The notes beneath the pieces are model-generated. The model saw only the letters and a list, made by a program, of their open reading frames with translations, was not told where the DNA came from and did not search any database. From NCBI GenBank assembly GCA_003152105.1, contig PLZJ01000002.1, forward strand, positions 236,257-300,256: a DNA stretch of 64,000 nucleotides, given 5' to 3'. The stretch is from Candidatus Levyibacteriota bacterium. GTDB taxonomy: Bacteria; Patescibacteriota; Microgenomatia; Levybacterales; UBA12049. The translations under genes were made by a program, and so were the position numbers. Positions 28,572 through 40,240 of this stretch are shown piece after piece; the first letter of the stretch is position 1, and every line of letters starts with the position of its first letter.

Positions 28572-30230
28572 ATGGAATTTGTAAAAAAGAGTATACACCT
28601 CATAACGCTGCGACAAACAAATATTTTATCTGCTGCATTTGTAATAATGGCAATGACTGTATTCTCACAGTTGCTTGGTCTAATTAGACAGCGACTTCTG
28701 GTATCACATTTTGGTGCGTATAGTAATTTAGGCATATATTCAACCGCTACTCAGATACCTGATTCTTTGTTTCAGGTAATAATTGCTGGCGGATTAGCTT
28801 CAGCTTTCATCCCAGTTTTTTCAGATTTTTACGCAAAAGGAAAAGACGACGAAGCATACAGATTTGCTTCTTCAACTATTTTAATTGGAATGTTGGTATT
28901 TGCTTTTTTCGGACTACTATTATTATTTTTTACGCCATATATATTATTGCCAGCAAATTTAGGTGGACATTATAGTCAAGCTCAAATGACACTCATGGCA
29001 AATTTAGTACGGGTAGTAATATTTGCTCAACTTTTAATTATAGTAGCCAGCTTCTTTTCTGCAATTTTACAGTCATATAATAGATTTCTTATTCCTGGAT
29101 TTGCAGCAGCAATGTATAACTTGGGAATTATTCTTGGCATTGTATTATTTTCTCATACATATGGTATATTTGCCCCGGCGTACGGAGCAATAATTGGAGC
29201 CTTATTTTTTGCGGTAGTGCAAATACCATTACTTCGAAAATTACATTTTAAATTTCATCCCCAACTATCTTTATCTGCTCCAGGAGTTAAGAAGTTTATT
29301 CATCTTATGTGGCCACGAACAATTTCTATAGCAATTACTCAGTTTGGAATACTTTTCACATTACCTTTAATTTCGTTTTTGGCTGATCCAGGAAGAAATA
29401 GAATAATATTTGATTTTGCACAAACGCTAGCATTTGCCCCAACAGTTTTATTTGGTCAATCAATTGCGCAAGCAGCTTTTCCAGTACTATCACGAGAAAG
29501 AGACAGATTGGATCAATTTAAACTCACATTTACTACGAGTTTTACCCAATTACTTTATGTAATTTTACCGTTTTCTGTACTTTTCCTTGTTTTACGAATT
29601 CCTATCGTGCGTTTAGTTTATGGCGCACCAAGACTCGATTGGAACGCAACCGTATTGATTGGAACCACACTTGCTTGTTTTACTATTTCAATATTTTCTC
29701 AAGCTTTACTATATTTAGTATCACGAGCTTTTTACGCGTTGCACGATACAAGAACCCCTCTAATAGTTAGTTTTATCACCACTGTTCTTATGTTACTGTT
29801 GAGTTTAGGATTTATTACTTATTATCAGTGGGGTGTTGCTGGAATCGCACTTGCTTATTCTTTGGCAAGTTTTCTACAGCTGCTCATATTATTCATAATA
29901 CTAGATCATAGAATAGGTGGCTTTTTTCATAGCGGCTTATTCATCTCCATAGGAAAGATATTTACGGCTGCATTTTTTACTGGAATAGCTCTATATATTC
30001 CTATAAAACTTCTTGATAAATTAGTTTTTGATACAACTCATACGATCAATTTATTGATGCTTTCTGGAATTTCCAGTTTTATAGGTCTTTTACTTTATTT
30101 ATTATTAACATGGTTATTAAATGTGAAAGAAGCCATGCTGTTTATAGTCGCATTCAAAAAAATAGATACCTGGAAAGAAGTCTTATTTCGTTCCGATGAA
30201 ACAATAGATCCAAAAAGACTAAATACTTAG
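28572..30230 (+). CDS. murJ: Lipid II flippase MurJ (MviN family)
   Basis: 14 TM helices. SQLLGLIRQRLLVSHFGA...ATQIPDSLFQVIIAGGLASAFIPVFS conserved MurJ N-terminal blocks. Confidence 0.8.
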   Translation: MEFVKKSIHLITLRQTNILSAAFVIMAMTVFSQLLGLIRQRLLVSHFGAYSNLGIYSTATQIPDSLFQVIIAGGLASAFIPVFSDFYAKGKDDEAYRFASSTILIGMLVFAFFGLLLLFFTPYILLPANLGGHYSQAQMTLMANLVRVVIFAQLLIIVASFFSAILQSYNRFLIPGFAAAMYNLGIILGIVLFSHTYGIFAPAYGAIIGALFFAVVQIPLLRKLHFKFHPQLSLSAPGVKKFIHLMWPRTISIAITQFGILFTLPLISFLADPGRNRIIFDFAQTLAFAPTVLFGQSIAQAAFPVLSRERDRLDQFKLTFTTSFTQLLYVILPFSVLFLVLRIPIVRLVYGAPRLDWNATVLIGTTLACFTISIFSQALLYLVSRAFYALHDTRTPLIVSFITTVLMLLLSLGFITYYQWGVAGIALAYSLASFLQLLILFIILDHRIGGFFHSGLFISIGKIFTAAFFTGIALYIPIKLLDKLVFDTTHTINLLMLSGISSFIGLLLYLLLTWLLNVKEAMLFIVAFKKIDTWKEVLFRSDETIDPKRLNT

Positions 30231-30262
30231 TATTACGCAAAGGTAAAAAATACTCATTTAGA

Positions 30263-30291
30263 TTGAATTATTAGCTTTCTCCCTATATACT
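30263..30291 (+). promoter_or_regulatory. Promoter TTGAAT-17-TATACT ending 7 nt before the lepA start codon
   Basis: TTGAAT at 30263-30268, TATACT at 30286-30291, ATG at 30299. Confidence 0.45.
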
Positions 30292-30298
30292 ACCCATT

Positions 30299-32014
30299 AT
30301 GCAGTCAAATATACGTAATTTTGCAATAATCGCACACGTTGATCATGGAAAATCTACTTTATCAGATAGGTTTTTGGAGTTAACCCACACTGTGCCAAAA
30401 GATAAGCTGAAAGAACAATTTTTAGATCAGAATCCAATTTCTCGCGAAAGAGGAATCACAATAAAGCTTGCCCCGGTGAGGATGCATTATAAAAATTATA
30501 TTCTTAACTTAATTGATACTCCAGGGCATGTAGATTTTTCTTATGATGTATCTCGAACTCTTGCTGCCTGTGAGGGAGCAATACTTCTTGTTGATGCAAC
30601 ACAAGGAATTCAAGCTCAAACTGTTGCTCATTTAAGATCTGCAAGAGAAGAAGGGCTACTTATTATTCCAGTTATTAATAAAATTGACATGCCTCAAGCG
30701 AATACAGATGCAGTGGTAGATTCACTTATCGAAACATTGAATTTTTCTAAAGATGAAATAGTTTTTGTGTCTGCTAAAACTGGTCAGGGAGTAAACGAAT
30801 TACTTGATAGAATAATTAGTCGTATTCCGAGTCCAAAAGGCAACGAAAGTGCTTTGCTCCGCGCATTGATTTTCGATGCAGTTTACGACGAACATAAAGG
30901 TGTCGTAGCCTTCGTAAGAGTTATAGATGGTAAATTAGAGCGAGGAAACGCAATTGGTTTTGCTCAAAATAGTACAAAGGCAGATGCAGTAGATGTTGGT
31001 TATTTTTCTCCAGCATTAACTTCCTCTGCGCATTTATTAACGGGAGAAATAGGTTATATTGTAACGGGAGTAAAAGATATTAGGCTTGTGCGCGTTGGAG
31101 ATACCATAAAGCCTTATAATGCAGAGATAACAACGCTTGCAGGGTATAAAGCACCACAGCCAATGGTTTTTTTTGGTGTATACCCACAATCTCCTTCTGA
31201 ATTTGCAAATCTTCGTGAAGCTTTGGCAAAACTTATGTTATCAGATGCGTCTTTGACGCTTAGCGAAGAATACTCAGCTTTTTTGGGAAGTGGATTTCGA
31301 GTGGGATTTTTAGGATTACTACATGCTGACATTATAAAAGAAAGATTAAGTAGAGAATTTGGAGTAACGCCGCTTCTTACAATGCCTCAAGTATTATATA
31401 AGCACGATACATCAGGTCAAATCACCGAACCATACATGATACTAACAATTTTTACTCCCAACACGTATGTTGGTTCAATTATGACATTATGTCAAAAAAA
31501 GAAAGGAACACTTCTTGACATGAAATATGCAGGCGATAATGCAATTTTATCGTACGATATCCCATATAGTATGTTTATAAGAGGTCTTTCTGCGAGCTTG
31601 AAGAGTGTATCTCAAGGTTTTGCAAGCTTTGATTATGAACTAAATGAATATAAGCCTGCAAATGTTGTTACACTAGAAATGAAGATAAATGATGTTTCTA
31701 TAGATGTCTTATCAGAGCAAGTATACAAAGAAGAAGCAGAATACGTGGCAAGGAGAAAAGCAGAAGAACTCAAAGAATCGCTTCCAAGAAATCAATTTCG
31801 ACAAATCATTCAAGGTGTAATAGGTGGAAAAATTGTTGCCAGAGAAGAGATTTCTCCATACAGGAAAGATGTACTGCAAAAAATGAGTGGTGGAGATAGA
31901 ACTAGAAAAGACAAATTACTTGAAGCGCAAAAAAAGGGTAAAAAACGATTAGCTGCTACAGGAAAAATTTCCTTGCCTCAGGAAGCATTATTTTCTCTTC
32001 TTAAAAAAGACTGA
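30299..32014 (+). CDS. lepA: Elongation factor 4 (LepA)
   Basis: IRNFAIIAHVDHGKSTLSDR G1 motif, DTPGHVDF, NKIDM, and the LepA-specific C-terminal domain. Confidence 0.9.
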   Translation: MQSNIRNFAIIAHVDHGKSTLSDRFLELTHTVPKDKLKEQFLDQNPISRERGITIKLAPVRMHYKNYILNLIDTPGHVDFSYDVSRTLAACEGAILLVDATQGIQAQTVAHLRSAREEGLLIIPVINKIDMPQANTDAVVDSLIETLNFSKDEIVFVSAKTGQGVNELLDRIISRIPSPKGNESALLRALIFDAVYDEHKGVVAFVRVIDGKLERGNAIGFAQNSTKADAVDVGYFSPALTSSAHLLTGEIGYIVTGVKDIRLVRVGDTIKPYNAEITTLAGYKAPQPMVFFGVYPQSPSEFANLREALAKLMLSDASLTLSEEYSAFLGSGFRVGFLGLLHADIIKERLSREFGVTPLLTMPQVLYKHDTSGQITEPYMILTIFTPNTYVGSIMTLCQKKKGTLLDMKYAGDNAILSYDIPYSMFIRGLSASLKSVSQGFASFDYELNEYKPANVVTLEMKINDVSIDVLSEQVYKEEAEYVARRKAEELKESLPRNQFRQIIQGVIGGKIVAREEISPYRKDVLQKMSGGDRTRKDKLLEAQKKGKKRLAATGKISLPQEALFSLLKKD

Positions 32015-32016
32015 AT

Positions 32017-33327
32017 TTAAAGGATAAAGAAAAGTAATCCTCCAACGATTGTCAGTACTGCACCAGCAACTCCGATACCAAGTATCTGTTCACCTGGGCC
32101 AGTTGCTGCAACGGTTGGGGTTGCTGTTGGAGGGTTACTTGATGTTGCTGTTGGATTTGCTGCTTTAGGTCCACCTGGAGTTGCTGTAGGTCCACTAATT
32201 GTGATTGTCTGTGTGCAATTTCCTGGAACGCTTACTGCTCCAGATGAATCAGTAAAGGTTACAGATGCATTATAGGATCCACCCGCTGCATAAGTATGGG
32301 CAAGCTGAGCTGAGCCGGCAACACTTTGAGCAGTTGTAGGCGTAGGTGTTTCAGTTGGTGTATCTGTTGGTGCTGATGTTGTAGGTGTTGGTGTATCTGT
32401 TGGTGCTGATGTTGGTGTATCGGTTGCATTATTTGAAATAGATACGTCCTGAACTGTTCCATCTCCAAAGTTAAATGTTGCCTTTGAAAGTGTAGCGCTT
32501 CCTTGAGGTTGGCCATTAGCAGTAAATGTTATCGTATAAGGCGCAGTACCGGAAGTGCCAACGTCTGTTGTTAAACTTGAACATACCGGAGGGTTTAGTG
32601 ATGTTGTAGGTGTTGGAGTATCAGTGGGTGTTGCTGCACCTGGAACTAAAGTAGGTGTTGGAGTATCAGTGGGTGTTGCTGCACCGACTGTTGTAGGAGT
32701 AGGTGTATTTGTAAGAGTAGGAACTTGCACATTGCCAATATATAAAGTAGCAGGTTGTGTAGACGCAATGACGCTTGATTCAGGATCTTGATTTTGAGAA
32801 GAGTCAGCTTGAGAAAGCCCTCCAAATGTTACCTGAGTTGATCCACTTACGTTTGGATTTACTAAAAACTTTATGTCTGCGATTTCCGTTTTTGTTGTAA
32901 TAAAATTACTTACACTCGAGGCTGCAAGACGCACAAGAGCGCTTCCAGTACTATTGCTACACGTAGCTTTTGTGACAACATTCGCGAGTGCACCGGTAGA
33001 GTTTATACAGGTTGTGGGATCGGCAACCTGTAGATATTTTGGATTAAAAGTAATTTGTATGGTAACAACAGAAACAGTATTTACCGTCTGTCCGTTTTTA
33101 GGATCTACGAAAATAGGTAGGTCAACTGTATCGTTTGGATTTACATGTTTTATTACCCCGCCATCTGATGATGTACTAGAATCAAAGGAAACAACTGTAG
33201 CCCTAGTAGCACCTGCGCCAGGATGTTGTTGATGGCGTATTAGATAAAGAGTAACCGGTATTGCTACGCCAAGTATTAGTAGAAATCCGAAAAGAAAAAT
33301 TTGCTTTCTGCTTAAGTTTCCAAGCAT
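32017..33327 (-). CDS. Secreted/anchored PT-repeat protein with beta-rich domains
   Basis: N-terminal TM/signal, Ig-like beta-rich segments separated by TDTPTPT-type linkers, and a C-terminal hydrophobic anchor. The coding DNA contains direct tandem repeats. Confidence 0.5.
   Translation of the reverse strand: MLGNLSRKQIFLFGFLLILGVAIPVTLYLIRHQQHPGAGATRATVVSFDSSTSSDGGVIKHVNPNDTVDLPIFVDPKNGQTVNTVSVVTIQITFNPKYLQVADPTTCINSTGALANVVTKATCSNSTGSALVRLAASSVSNFITTKTEIADIKFLVNPNVSGSTQVTFGGLSQADSSQNQDPESSVIASTQPATLYIGNVQVPTLTNTPTPTTVGAATPTDTPTPTLVPGAATPTDTPTPTTSLNPPVCSSLTTDVGTSGTAPYTITFTANGQPQGSATLSKATFNFGDGTVQDVSISNNATDTPTSAPTDTPTPTTSAPTDTPTETPTPTTAQSVAGSAQLAHTYAAGGSYNASVTFTDSSGAVSVPGNCTQTITISGPTATPGGPKAANPTATSSNPPTATPTVAATGPGEQILGIGVAGAVLTIVGGLLFFIL
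32330..32700. repeat. Intragenic direct tandem repeats encoding TDTPTPT linkers
   Basis: Two units starting ggtgttggagtatcagtgggtgttgctgcacc at about 32608 and 32662. Related ggtgtatctgttggtgctgatgtt units at about 32363-32425. Confidence 0.5.
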
Positions 33328-33412
33328 ATATAAAACCCTTCAACGAAGAGTGTGTACTTTTATGGTAGAGGAGAGAAAGATACGGTGTCAAGTAGCGATA
33401 TGCTATGGGGTA

Positions 33413-33441
33413 TTGACAATAGATTAATGGTATTGTATAAA
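33413..33441 (+). promoter_or_regulatory. Sigma-70-type promoter of groES-groEL (TTGACA-17-TATAAA)
   Basis: TTGACA at 33413-33418, a 17-nt spacer, and TATAAA at 33436-33441, immediately followed by a CIRCE-like repeat. Confidence 0.5.
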
Positions 33442-33468
33442 TTAGCAGTCACTTTCTTCTAGTGATAT
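33442..33468 (+). promoter_or_regulatory. CIRCE-like operator upstream of groES (TTAGCAGTC-N9-TAGTGATAT)
   Basis: Same 9-N9-9 architecture and nearly the same left arm as the element upstream of hrcA. The right arm is more degenerate. Confidence 0.45.
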
Positions 33469-33498
33469 ATTGCCCAATCAGCTTATTACAATAATTTA

Positions 33499-35461
<1,963 letters not shown>

Positions 35462-35481
35462 TCTGTATTACTTCATTTTAT

Positions 35482-35505
35482 AAACCGCGTAAAGCGGTTT
35501 TTTTA
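35482..35505 (+). terminator. Rho-independent terminator after groEL
   Basis: AAACCGC-gtaaa-GCGGTTT followed by an 8-nt T-run. Confidence 0.6.
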
Positions 35506-35559
35506 TATTCAGTTTGTTTGTTTTTCATTACTATGATATAGTATTTTCACCCAAATTCT

Positions 35560-36411
35560 ATGAGGAAAATTATCGCGATAATTGTACCGTTACTATTAGC
35601 ATGTATCGTCTTTTTTGTATTCGAATATTTTGCAAACAAATCAAGTGATAAAGGCGCACTTCAGGTTACCTCAACTCCAGCGAGTAACGTATATGTAAAT
35701 GGGGCTTATGTCGGTAAAACTCCAATTTGTAAATGTGATTTACCAAACATGTTACCGATCGGTAACTATTCAATAAGCTTAGTACCAATTGATACACAAT
35801 ATTCAGCATATGAAGACTCAATTTCTATCACAAAGTCAGTACTTACTGTGGTAGATAGGACATTTGGTAAGGGAGCTTTTTCTGAGGGAAGCATAATAGG
35901 CTTAACTCCATTACCTGATAAAAATGCAATGGAAATAATAGTGCAAACAGTCCCAGATAAAGTGCATGTAATGCTGGATAATATTTCACAAGGAGATAGT
36001 CCTCAAATTATAAAAAATGTGACTGCATCAGATCATGAAATTGAATTATCAAAAGATGGCTATCGAGAGAAAATAATTCGAATACATACTGTTTCTGGAT
36101 ATCAACTAATAGCAAAAGTGTATTTAAGTGTTAATCCAAATCCCACATCATCACAACAAAAAGTAAGCACAACTCCCACGCCAAGTGTATCAACAACTCC
36201 AACTGCGTCAACATCTCAGATTATCATTCTACAAACTCCTACCGGTTATTTACGTGTTCATTCAACTGCTTCAACACAAGCAAGCGAAGTTGGACGTGTT
36301 AATCCAGGAGATACTTTTCCATTAATTGATCAGAAAACAGGCTGGTTTGAAATAACACTTACAGATGGAACGAAGGGTTGGGTTAGTAGTCAGTATGCGA
36401 AAATCAAATAA
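35560..36411 (+). CDS. PEGA-domain plus bacterial SH3 (SH3b) domain membrane-anchored protein
   Basis: N-terminal TM. LQVTSTPASNVYVNGAYVGKTPI is a PEGA repeat. The C-terminal GYLRVHSTAS...GDTFPLIDQKTGWFEITLTDGTKGWVSSQY is an SH3b fold signature. Confidence 0.6.
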   Translation: MRKIIAIIVPLLLACIVFFVFEYFANKSSDKGALQVTSTPASNVYVNGAYVGKTPICKCDLPNMLPIGNYSISLVPIDTQYSAYEDSISITKSVLTVVDRTFGKGAFSEGSIIGLTPLPDKNAMEIIVQTVPDKVHVMLDNISQGDSPQIIKNVTASDHEIELSKDGYREKIIRIHTVSGYQLIAKVYLSVNPNPTSSQQKVSTTPTPSVSTTPTASTSQIIILQTPTGYLRVHSTASTQASEVGRVNPGDTFPLIDQKTGWFEITLTDGTKGWVSSQYAKIK

Positions 36412-37404
36412 TTAATAATTAGCTGGATTAATAAAATAGATTACAAAAATTAAAAGAACAACCCATATTATTATTGATATAAAAAATGGCCGGTCAGATA
36501 AGAATACTTTTTCAGGACTTTCTCCTTCATGCTTTTCATAAATATCTTGAAGGTAACGCATGAGCCCATATACAACAGGTGCAATAGTTATCATTAACCA
36601 TTTTCTCGTTAAAAAAGTTGGTAAATAATCAGGGAATAAAATACTAAATGATGGTTTAAATCCAGTTTGATTCTCAAAAAAAGTGAAAAAAGAGTAAGTT
36701 ATAAAAGTAGATGTTGCAAACATTGCGATATAAACGTCTAATAGTCTTTCAGAATAATGTGAAAGTGATTTTCTGGTTGCAGCTATTTGTGAAGCGGGAA
36801 ACTTTGAAATAAGTGTAAGTTCTTGTCTTCTCTTGCCGCTTGCTAAAAAGAGCGATAATGAAATAGTTGTAAGTAAGAGCCAAACTGAAATATGCCAACC
36901 TGTTGCAAATTCACCGGCCAAAACTCTTATAATATATCCCGCAGCAAGCATCAATATGTCAATAATCGCTACATGTTTCAAGAATGCCGAATAAGAAAGT
37001 TGTAAGATTACATATACGATTATAATAAGGAAAAATGCAGGCGTGATAAATAAACTTCCAATAATTGAACCAACTGTGAGAAGAATGGTAATTGCTATAG
37101 CTAATGGTATTGATAAATCTCCGTGAGCAAGCGGGCGAAATTTTTTAAATGGATGAAGCTTATCTTTACTTACATCTAGAATATCGTTGGCAACATAGAT
37201 AGCTGAAGATACTCCACAAAATATAAAAAAGGCAATTACCGTTTTATAAAATAACCCTCCATCAAATAGATGTCCACTAAATGTTATTGCCGCAAATACA
37301 GCAAAATTTTTAATCCACTGACGTGGTCTCAATAGTTTTAAAATGCTAAACAATTTTGTTTTTTTCATCTTTTTGGGTGCTAAAGTGTAAAAACAATAAG
37401 GCAC
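36412..37404 (-). CDS. UbiA-family prenyltransferase, decaprenyl-phosphate 5-phosphoribosyltransferase (DPPR synthase)-like
   Basis: LRPRQWIKNFAVFAA and the ANDILDVSKDKLHP (NDxxDxxxD) motif match the DPPR-synthase subfamily of UbiA enzymes. Polytopic membrane protein. Confidence 0.65.
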   Translation of the reverse strand: MPYCFYTLAPKKMKKTKLFSILKLLRPRQWIKNFAVFAAITFSGHLFDGGLFYKTVIAFFIFCGVSSAIYVANDILDVSKDKLHPFKKFRPLAHGDLSIPLAIAITILLTVGSIIGSLFITPAFFLIIIVYVILQLSYSAFLKHVAIIDILMLAAGYIIRVLAGEFATGWHISVWLLLTTISLSLFLASGKRRQELTLISKFPASQIAATRKSLSHYSERLLDVYIAMFATSTFITYSFFTFFENQTGFKPSFSILFPDYLPTFLTRKWLMITIAPVVYGLMRYLQDIYEKHEGESPEKVFLSDRPFFISIIIWVVLLIFVIYFINPANY

Positions 37405-38440
37405 CCGTTACGACAACTGCTAGCATGCACAATGCGAACAACTTCCCTTTACTGTTTAACAAAAGAGCAACCGTGCCTAATATAGCAGAAACCAACCAGT
37501 AAAACAATGCAATACGTCTTTGAGACCATCCTTTTTGCAAAAGTAAGTGATGTAAATGCTTCTTATCTCCTTTAAAAACCGACTTCCCACTGAGTAGTCT
37601 CCTAAATAACGTAAAAATTCCGTCGACCATTGGTACTCCCATTACCAGTATTGCCGTTGCAAGTTTAGCCGATGACAATATGGACACTACGCTTAGTAAT
37701 AAATAAATTGAAGTTGCTCCGTATCCAGGAAAAATTTTAGCTGGATAAAAATTATAAAACAAAAAACCTATTGAGGCTCCAGCAATAATAAAACTTAGCT
37801 GTGCAGCAAGTAAAGAGTGACTATCTACTGATGCAAAACGTAAGCTAAGTATACCAATTACAAAGGCAGAAATAGCCACAATTCCTGGCATTTGTCCATC
37901 AACTCCCTTGCTCCAGTTAAGCATATTCATCACCCATACAAGCCACAATCCTGCAATTACATCAGATAATAATAATATTGAGTGTGTCCCAAAAAATGAA
38001 AAAGAAATCCTTACGGTATCTAGATGTAATATGCCGCCAAATGGATTTGTAATAAAAGGAATACTGATACCGCTTCCAACTACAAGTAATGCGCAAAATA
38101 TATTTGCTAGAAAACGTATGTACCTTGAAAAATCGCCTACTTTGTCATCTATTAATCCTATAAGTAATGCTATTAATGAGGCTATAAAAAGTATTAGAGT
38201 GAGCTTGGTATGAGGAAGAAATATTATTCCAGAAACTAACACGCCAAGATAAAAAGGCAATCCGCCACCTCTTGGGATAGGTTTAGTGTGAATAATTGCC
38301 GGATGTATATGTTGTTTTGGATCATCAATCAAAATTTTGTATTTCTTGAATAAAAATATAAAAATAGGTGTTGTAATGGTCGTTACAATAAGCGAAACTG
38401 CTAAGGAGAAAAGAAATGTCCCAGAAAATACATTGTACAT
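37346..38440 (-). CDS. MraY/WecA-family polyprenyl-phosphate N-acetylhexosamine-1-phosphate transferase (GT4)
   Basis: 10-11 TM helices. GLIDDK, MNMLNWSKGVDG and DKKHLHHLL blocks are characteristic of the MraY/WecA/WbpL superfamily. It is not in a dcw context, so WecA-like is favoured. Confidence 0.65.
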   Translation of the reverse strand: MYNVFSGTFLFSLAVSLIVTTITTPIFIFLFKKYKILIDDPKQHIHPAIIHTKPIPRGGGLPFYLGVLVSGIIFLPHTKLTLILFIASLIALLIGLIDDKVGDFSRYIRFLANIFCALLVVGSGISIPFITNPFGGILHLDTVRISFSFFGTHSILLLSDVIAGLWLVWVMNMLNWSKGVDGQMPGIVAISAFVIGILSLRFASVDSHSLLAAQLSFIIAGASIGFLFYNFYPAKIFPGYGATSIYLLLSVVSILSSAKLATAILVMGVPMVDGIFTLFRRLLSGKSVFKGDKKHLHHLLLQKGWSQRRIALFYWLVSAILGTVALLLNSKGKLFALCMLAVVVTGALLFLHFSTQKDEKNKIV

Positions 38441-38441
38441 A

Positions 38442-38798
38442 TTAAAAAAATACTACGATTAATGTCCTGAGTAAAAATAAAAAAGATAATGAAATAGTAA
38501 CAAATGCAGATAAAGAAATCATACGCGAAACCAAAGCATATTTTTGATAGAAAAAAGAAGCAATAGTAGTATTTAATACTAAAATTCCAAGTCCTAATGT
38601 AAAAGGCAAAAAAATTGTAACTCGCGATGCAATTCTTCCGACTCCCCACGGCATTTGATTATATATAGGAATCAATGGAGGTAAATTATGGTATGCAAGA
38701 ACTACAATTCCTAAAAATAGCACTAAAAATAAAATGGAAAGCAGTACGCTTCCGCTTATAATTCTATCGGTAAATAATGTTTTAAAACGTTCGTTCAT
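38442..38798 (-). CDS. Small polytopic membrane protein (hypothetical)
   Basis: 118 aa with 3 TM helices. Overlaps the upstream GT-C gene by 17 nt. Confidence 0.35.
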   Translation of the reverse strand: MNERFKTLFTDRIISGSVLLSILFLVLFLGIVVLAYHNLPPLIPIYNQMPWGVGRIASRVTIFLPFTLGLGILVLNTTIASFFYQKYALVSRMISLSAFVTISLSFLFLLRTLIVVFF

Positions 38799-40239
38799 AA
38801 ATAGTTGTGTCTTTTATCTTCAATTTTTCCATGTATTGACTTAAAGAATAGGGGTACTGGCCTGCGTTAGAAATAACAACAATGTATTTTGGTTTTGCTT
38901 TATACACTATTTGCCTTGTTTCATTTAATGTCTTTTGGGAAGCGTTAATATGATAGGCAACGGTAAATCTTCCTGGAGGAATTTTATTTGCTAATTTGTA
39001 TATTTGTGCATCATTTCCCCATATAAATATTGAATCGCGTTGCTTAGCATTTCCATTAATAAAACTGGCGACTTCGTAGTCACGAATTGTGTTTTGATCA
39101 AAAAATTGCTGGTAGGTAGCAACAGATTCACGATTTTGAACAAAGGAGATAAAATTTCGATAGTATGGAATTATTGATTTACCAAATCCATGAAAATTAT
39201 TAAGAATTAGCATAATTAATCCAATCTGAAAAACAGCAAAAAATAGTTTTCCTCTATATCGTGAAAAAAGTAATCCAAAAAGGAGAGACATACTGCTAAT
39301 AGTTACGAGTAAATAATGCGTATAAGGACGTTGTGAGAAAAAAGTATCAAATATTGCAAAGCCTGTCCAAAGAAGAATAAATTGTACTTGACTTGGAATT
39401 TTTTTTCGTAAAAAGAAAATAATACAACATAGTACAAGAAGTAAAATAAGTTTTGCAATTAATAGTCCTTGAGGTATTATAAAAGTGTTTCCGTACCCAA
39501 CATACCCAACATTCTGAGAAAAAGAAGCATTAATAAAGTCACCAAGTGAATGAGTGAGTAAAAAGAAAGCTACAGTTACAAAAATTGGTAGAAAAAAACC
39601 AACTATTAAAGGTGTTACTTTAATAACTTGACTCGGAACCAGCTTAATTGATTTGTAGTCTTGAATTAATAAGTAAAGTCCAAATGCGCCCAAGTCAAAA
39701 ATGCCAACAATTTTTATCAGAAATGCAAATGAAAGTAAGAGTCCTGCAAAAAATTGTAATTTGCCAAAATGTTTTGATGTTTTGTTTTGAATTATTAAAA
39801 GCCCACTGCACATAATAGGTAGAATCATAAAATTTTCCGCATTTGCGATATTTCCTTCCAGTATAGGTAGTCCAAAAAGAACAGCAAATACAAGCGCAGA
39901 AATTGAAGATGCAATCGTTGAATGTAGTAATCGTCTCGCAAGAAAATAGATTGTAATTACTGAAAGTAGTCCAAAAATTAGTGATGCAAGCTTAGCACCA
40001 AATTGATCCCCATTAAATAATGCGTATATGATGTATAAAAGTGGTGGTTTATTATCCCAAATCCCGGTGTAAAGCAATCTGCCATGTCTCATGGCAAATC
40101 CGATAGCCTCATAAATCCCTTCATCTCCATACCAATATGGTTCAAATAAGGAAGGGAATCTGAGTATAAAAAATAAAATACATGTACATAATAAAAACCA
40201 AAAGTGAAAACTTTTCTCAAGTTTTGACAATAAATTCAT
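38782..40239 (-). CDS. GT-C-fold membrane glycosyltransferase (PMT/ArnT-like)
   Basis: First loop carries YWYGDEGIYEAIGFAMRHG, a DE motif typical of GT39/GT83 lipid-linked sugar transferases. 485 aa and polytopic. Confidence 0.6.
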   Translation of the reverse strand: MNLLSKLEKSFHFWFLLCTCILFFILRFPSLFEPYWYGDEGIYEAIGFAMRHGRLLYTGIWDNKPPLLYIIYALFNGDQFGAKLASLIFGLLSVITIYFLARRLLHSTIASSISALVFAVLFGLPILEGNIANAENFMILPIMCSGLLIIQNKTSKHFGKLQFFAGLLLSFAFLIKIVGIFDLGAFGLYLLIQDYKSIKLVPSQVIKVTPLIVGFFLPIFVTVAFFLLTHSLGDFINASFSQNVGYVGYGNTFIIPQGLLIAKLILLLVLCCIIFFLRKKIPSQVQFILLWTGFAIFDTFFSQRPYTHYLLVTISSMSLLFGLLFSRYRGKLFFAVFQIGLIMLILNNFHGFGKSIIPYYRNFISFVQNRESVATYQQFFDQNTIRDYEVASFINGNAKQRDSIFIWGNDAQIYKLANKIPPGRFTVAYHINASQKTLNETRQIVYKAKPKYIVVISNAGQYPYSLSQYMEKLKIKDTTIYERTF

Positions 40240-40240
40240 G

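Noticed and set aside
32259-32791. Two ORFs (85 aa H/Q-rich minus; 78 aa V/G-rich plus) inside the PT-repeat gene
   Set aside because: Alternative-frame translations of the tandem repeat DNA. The 436-aa frame with signal sequence and anchor is the coherent one.
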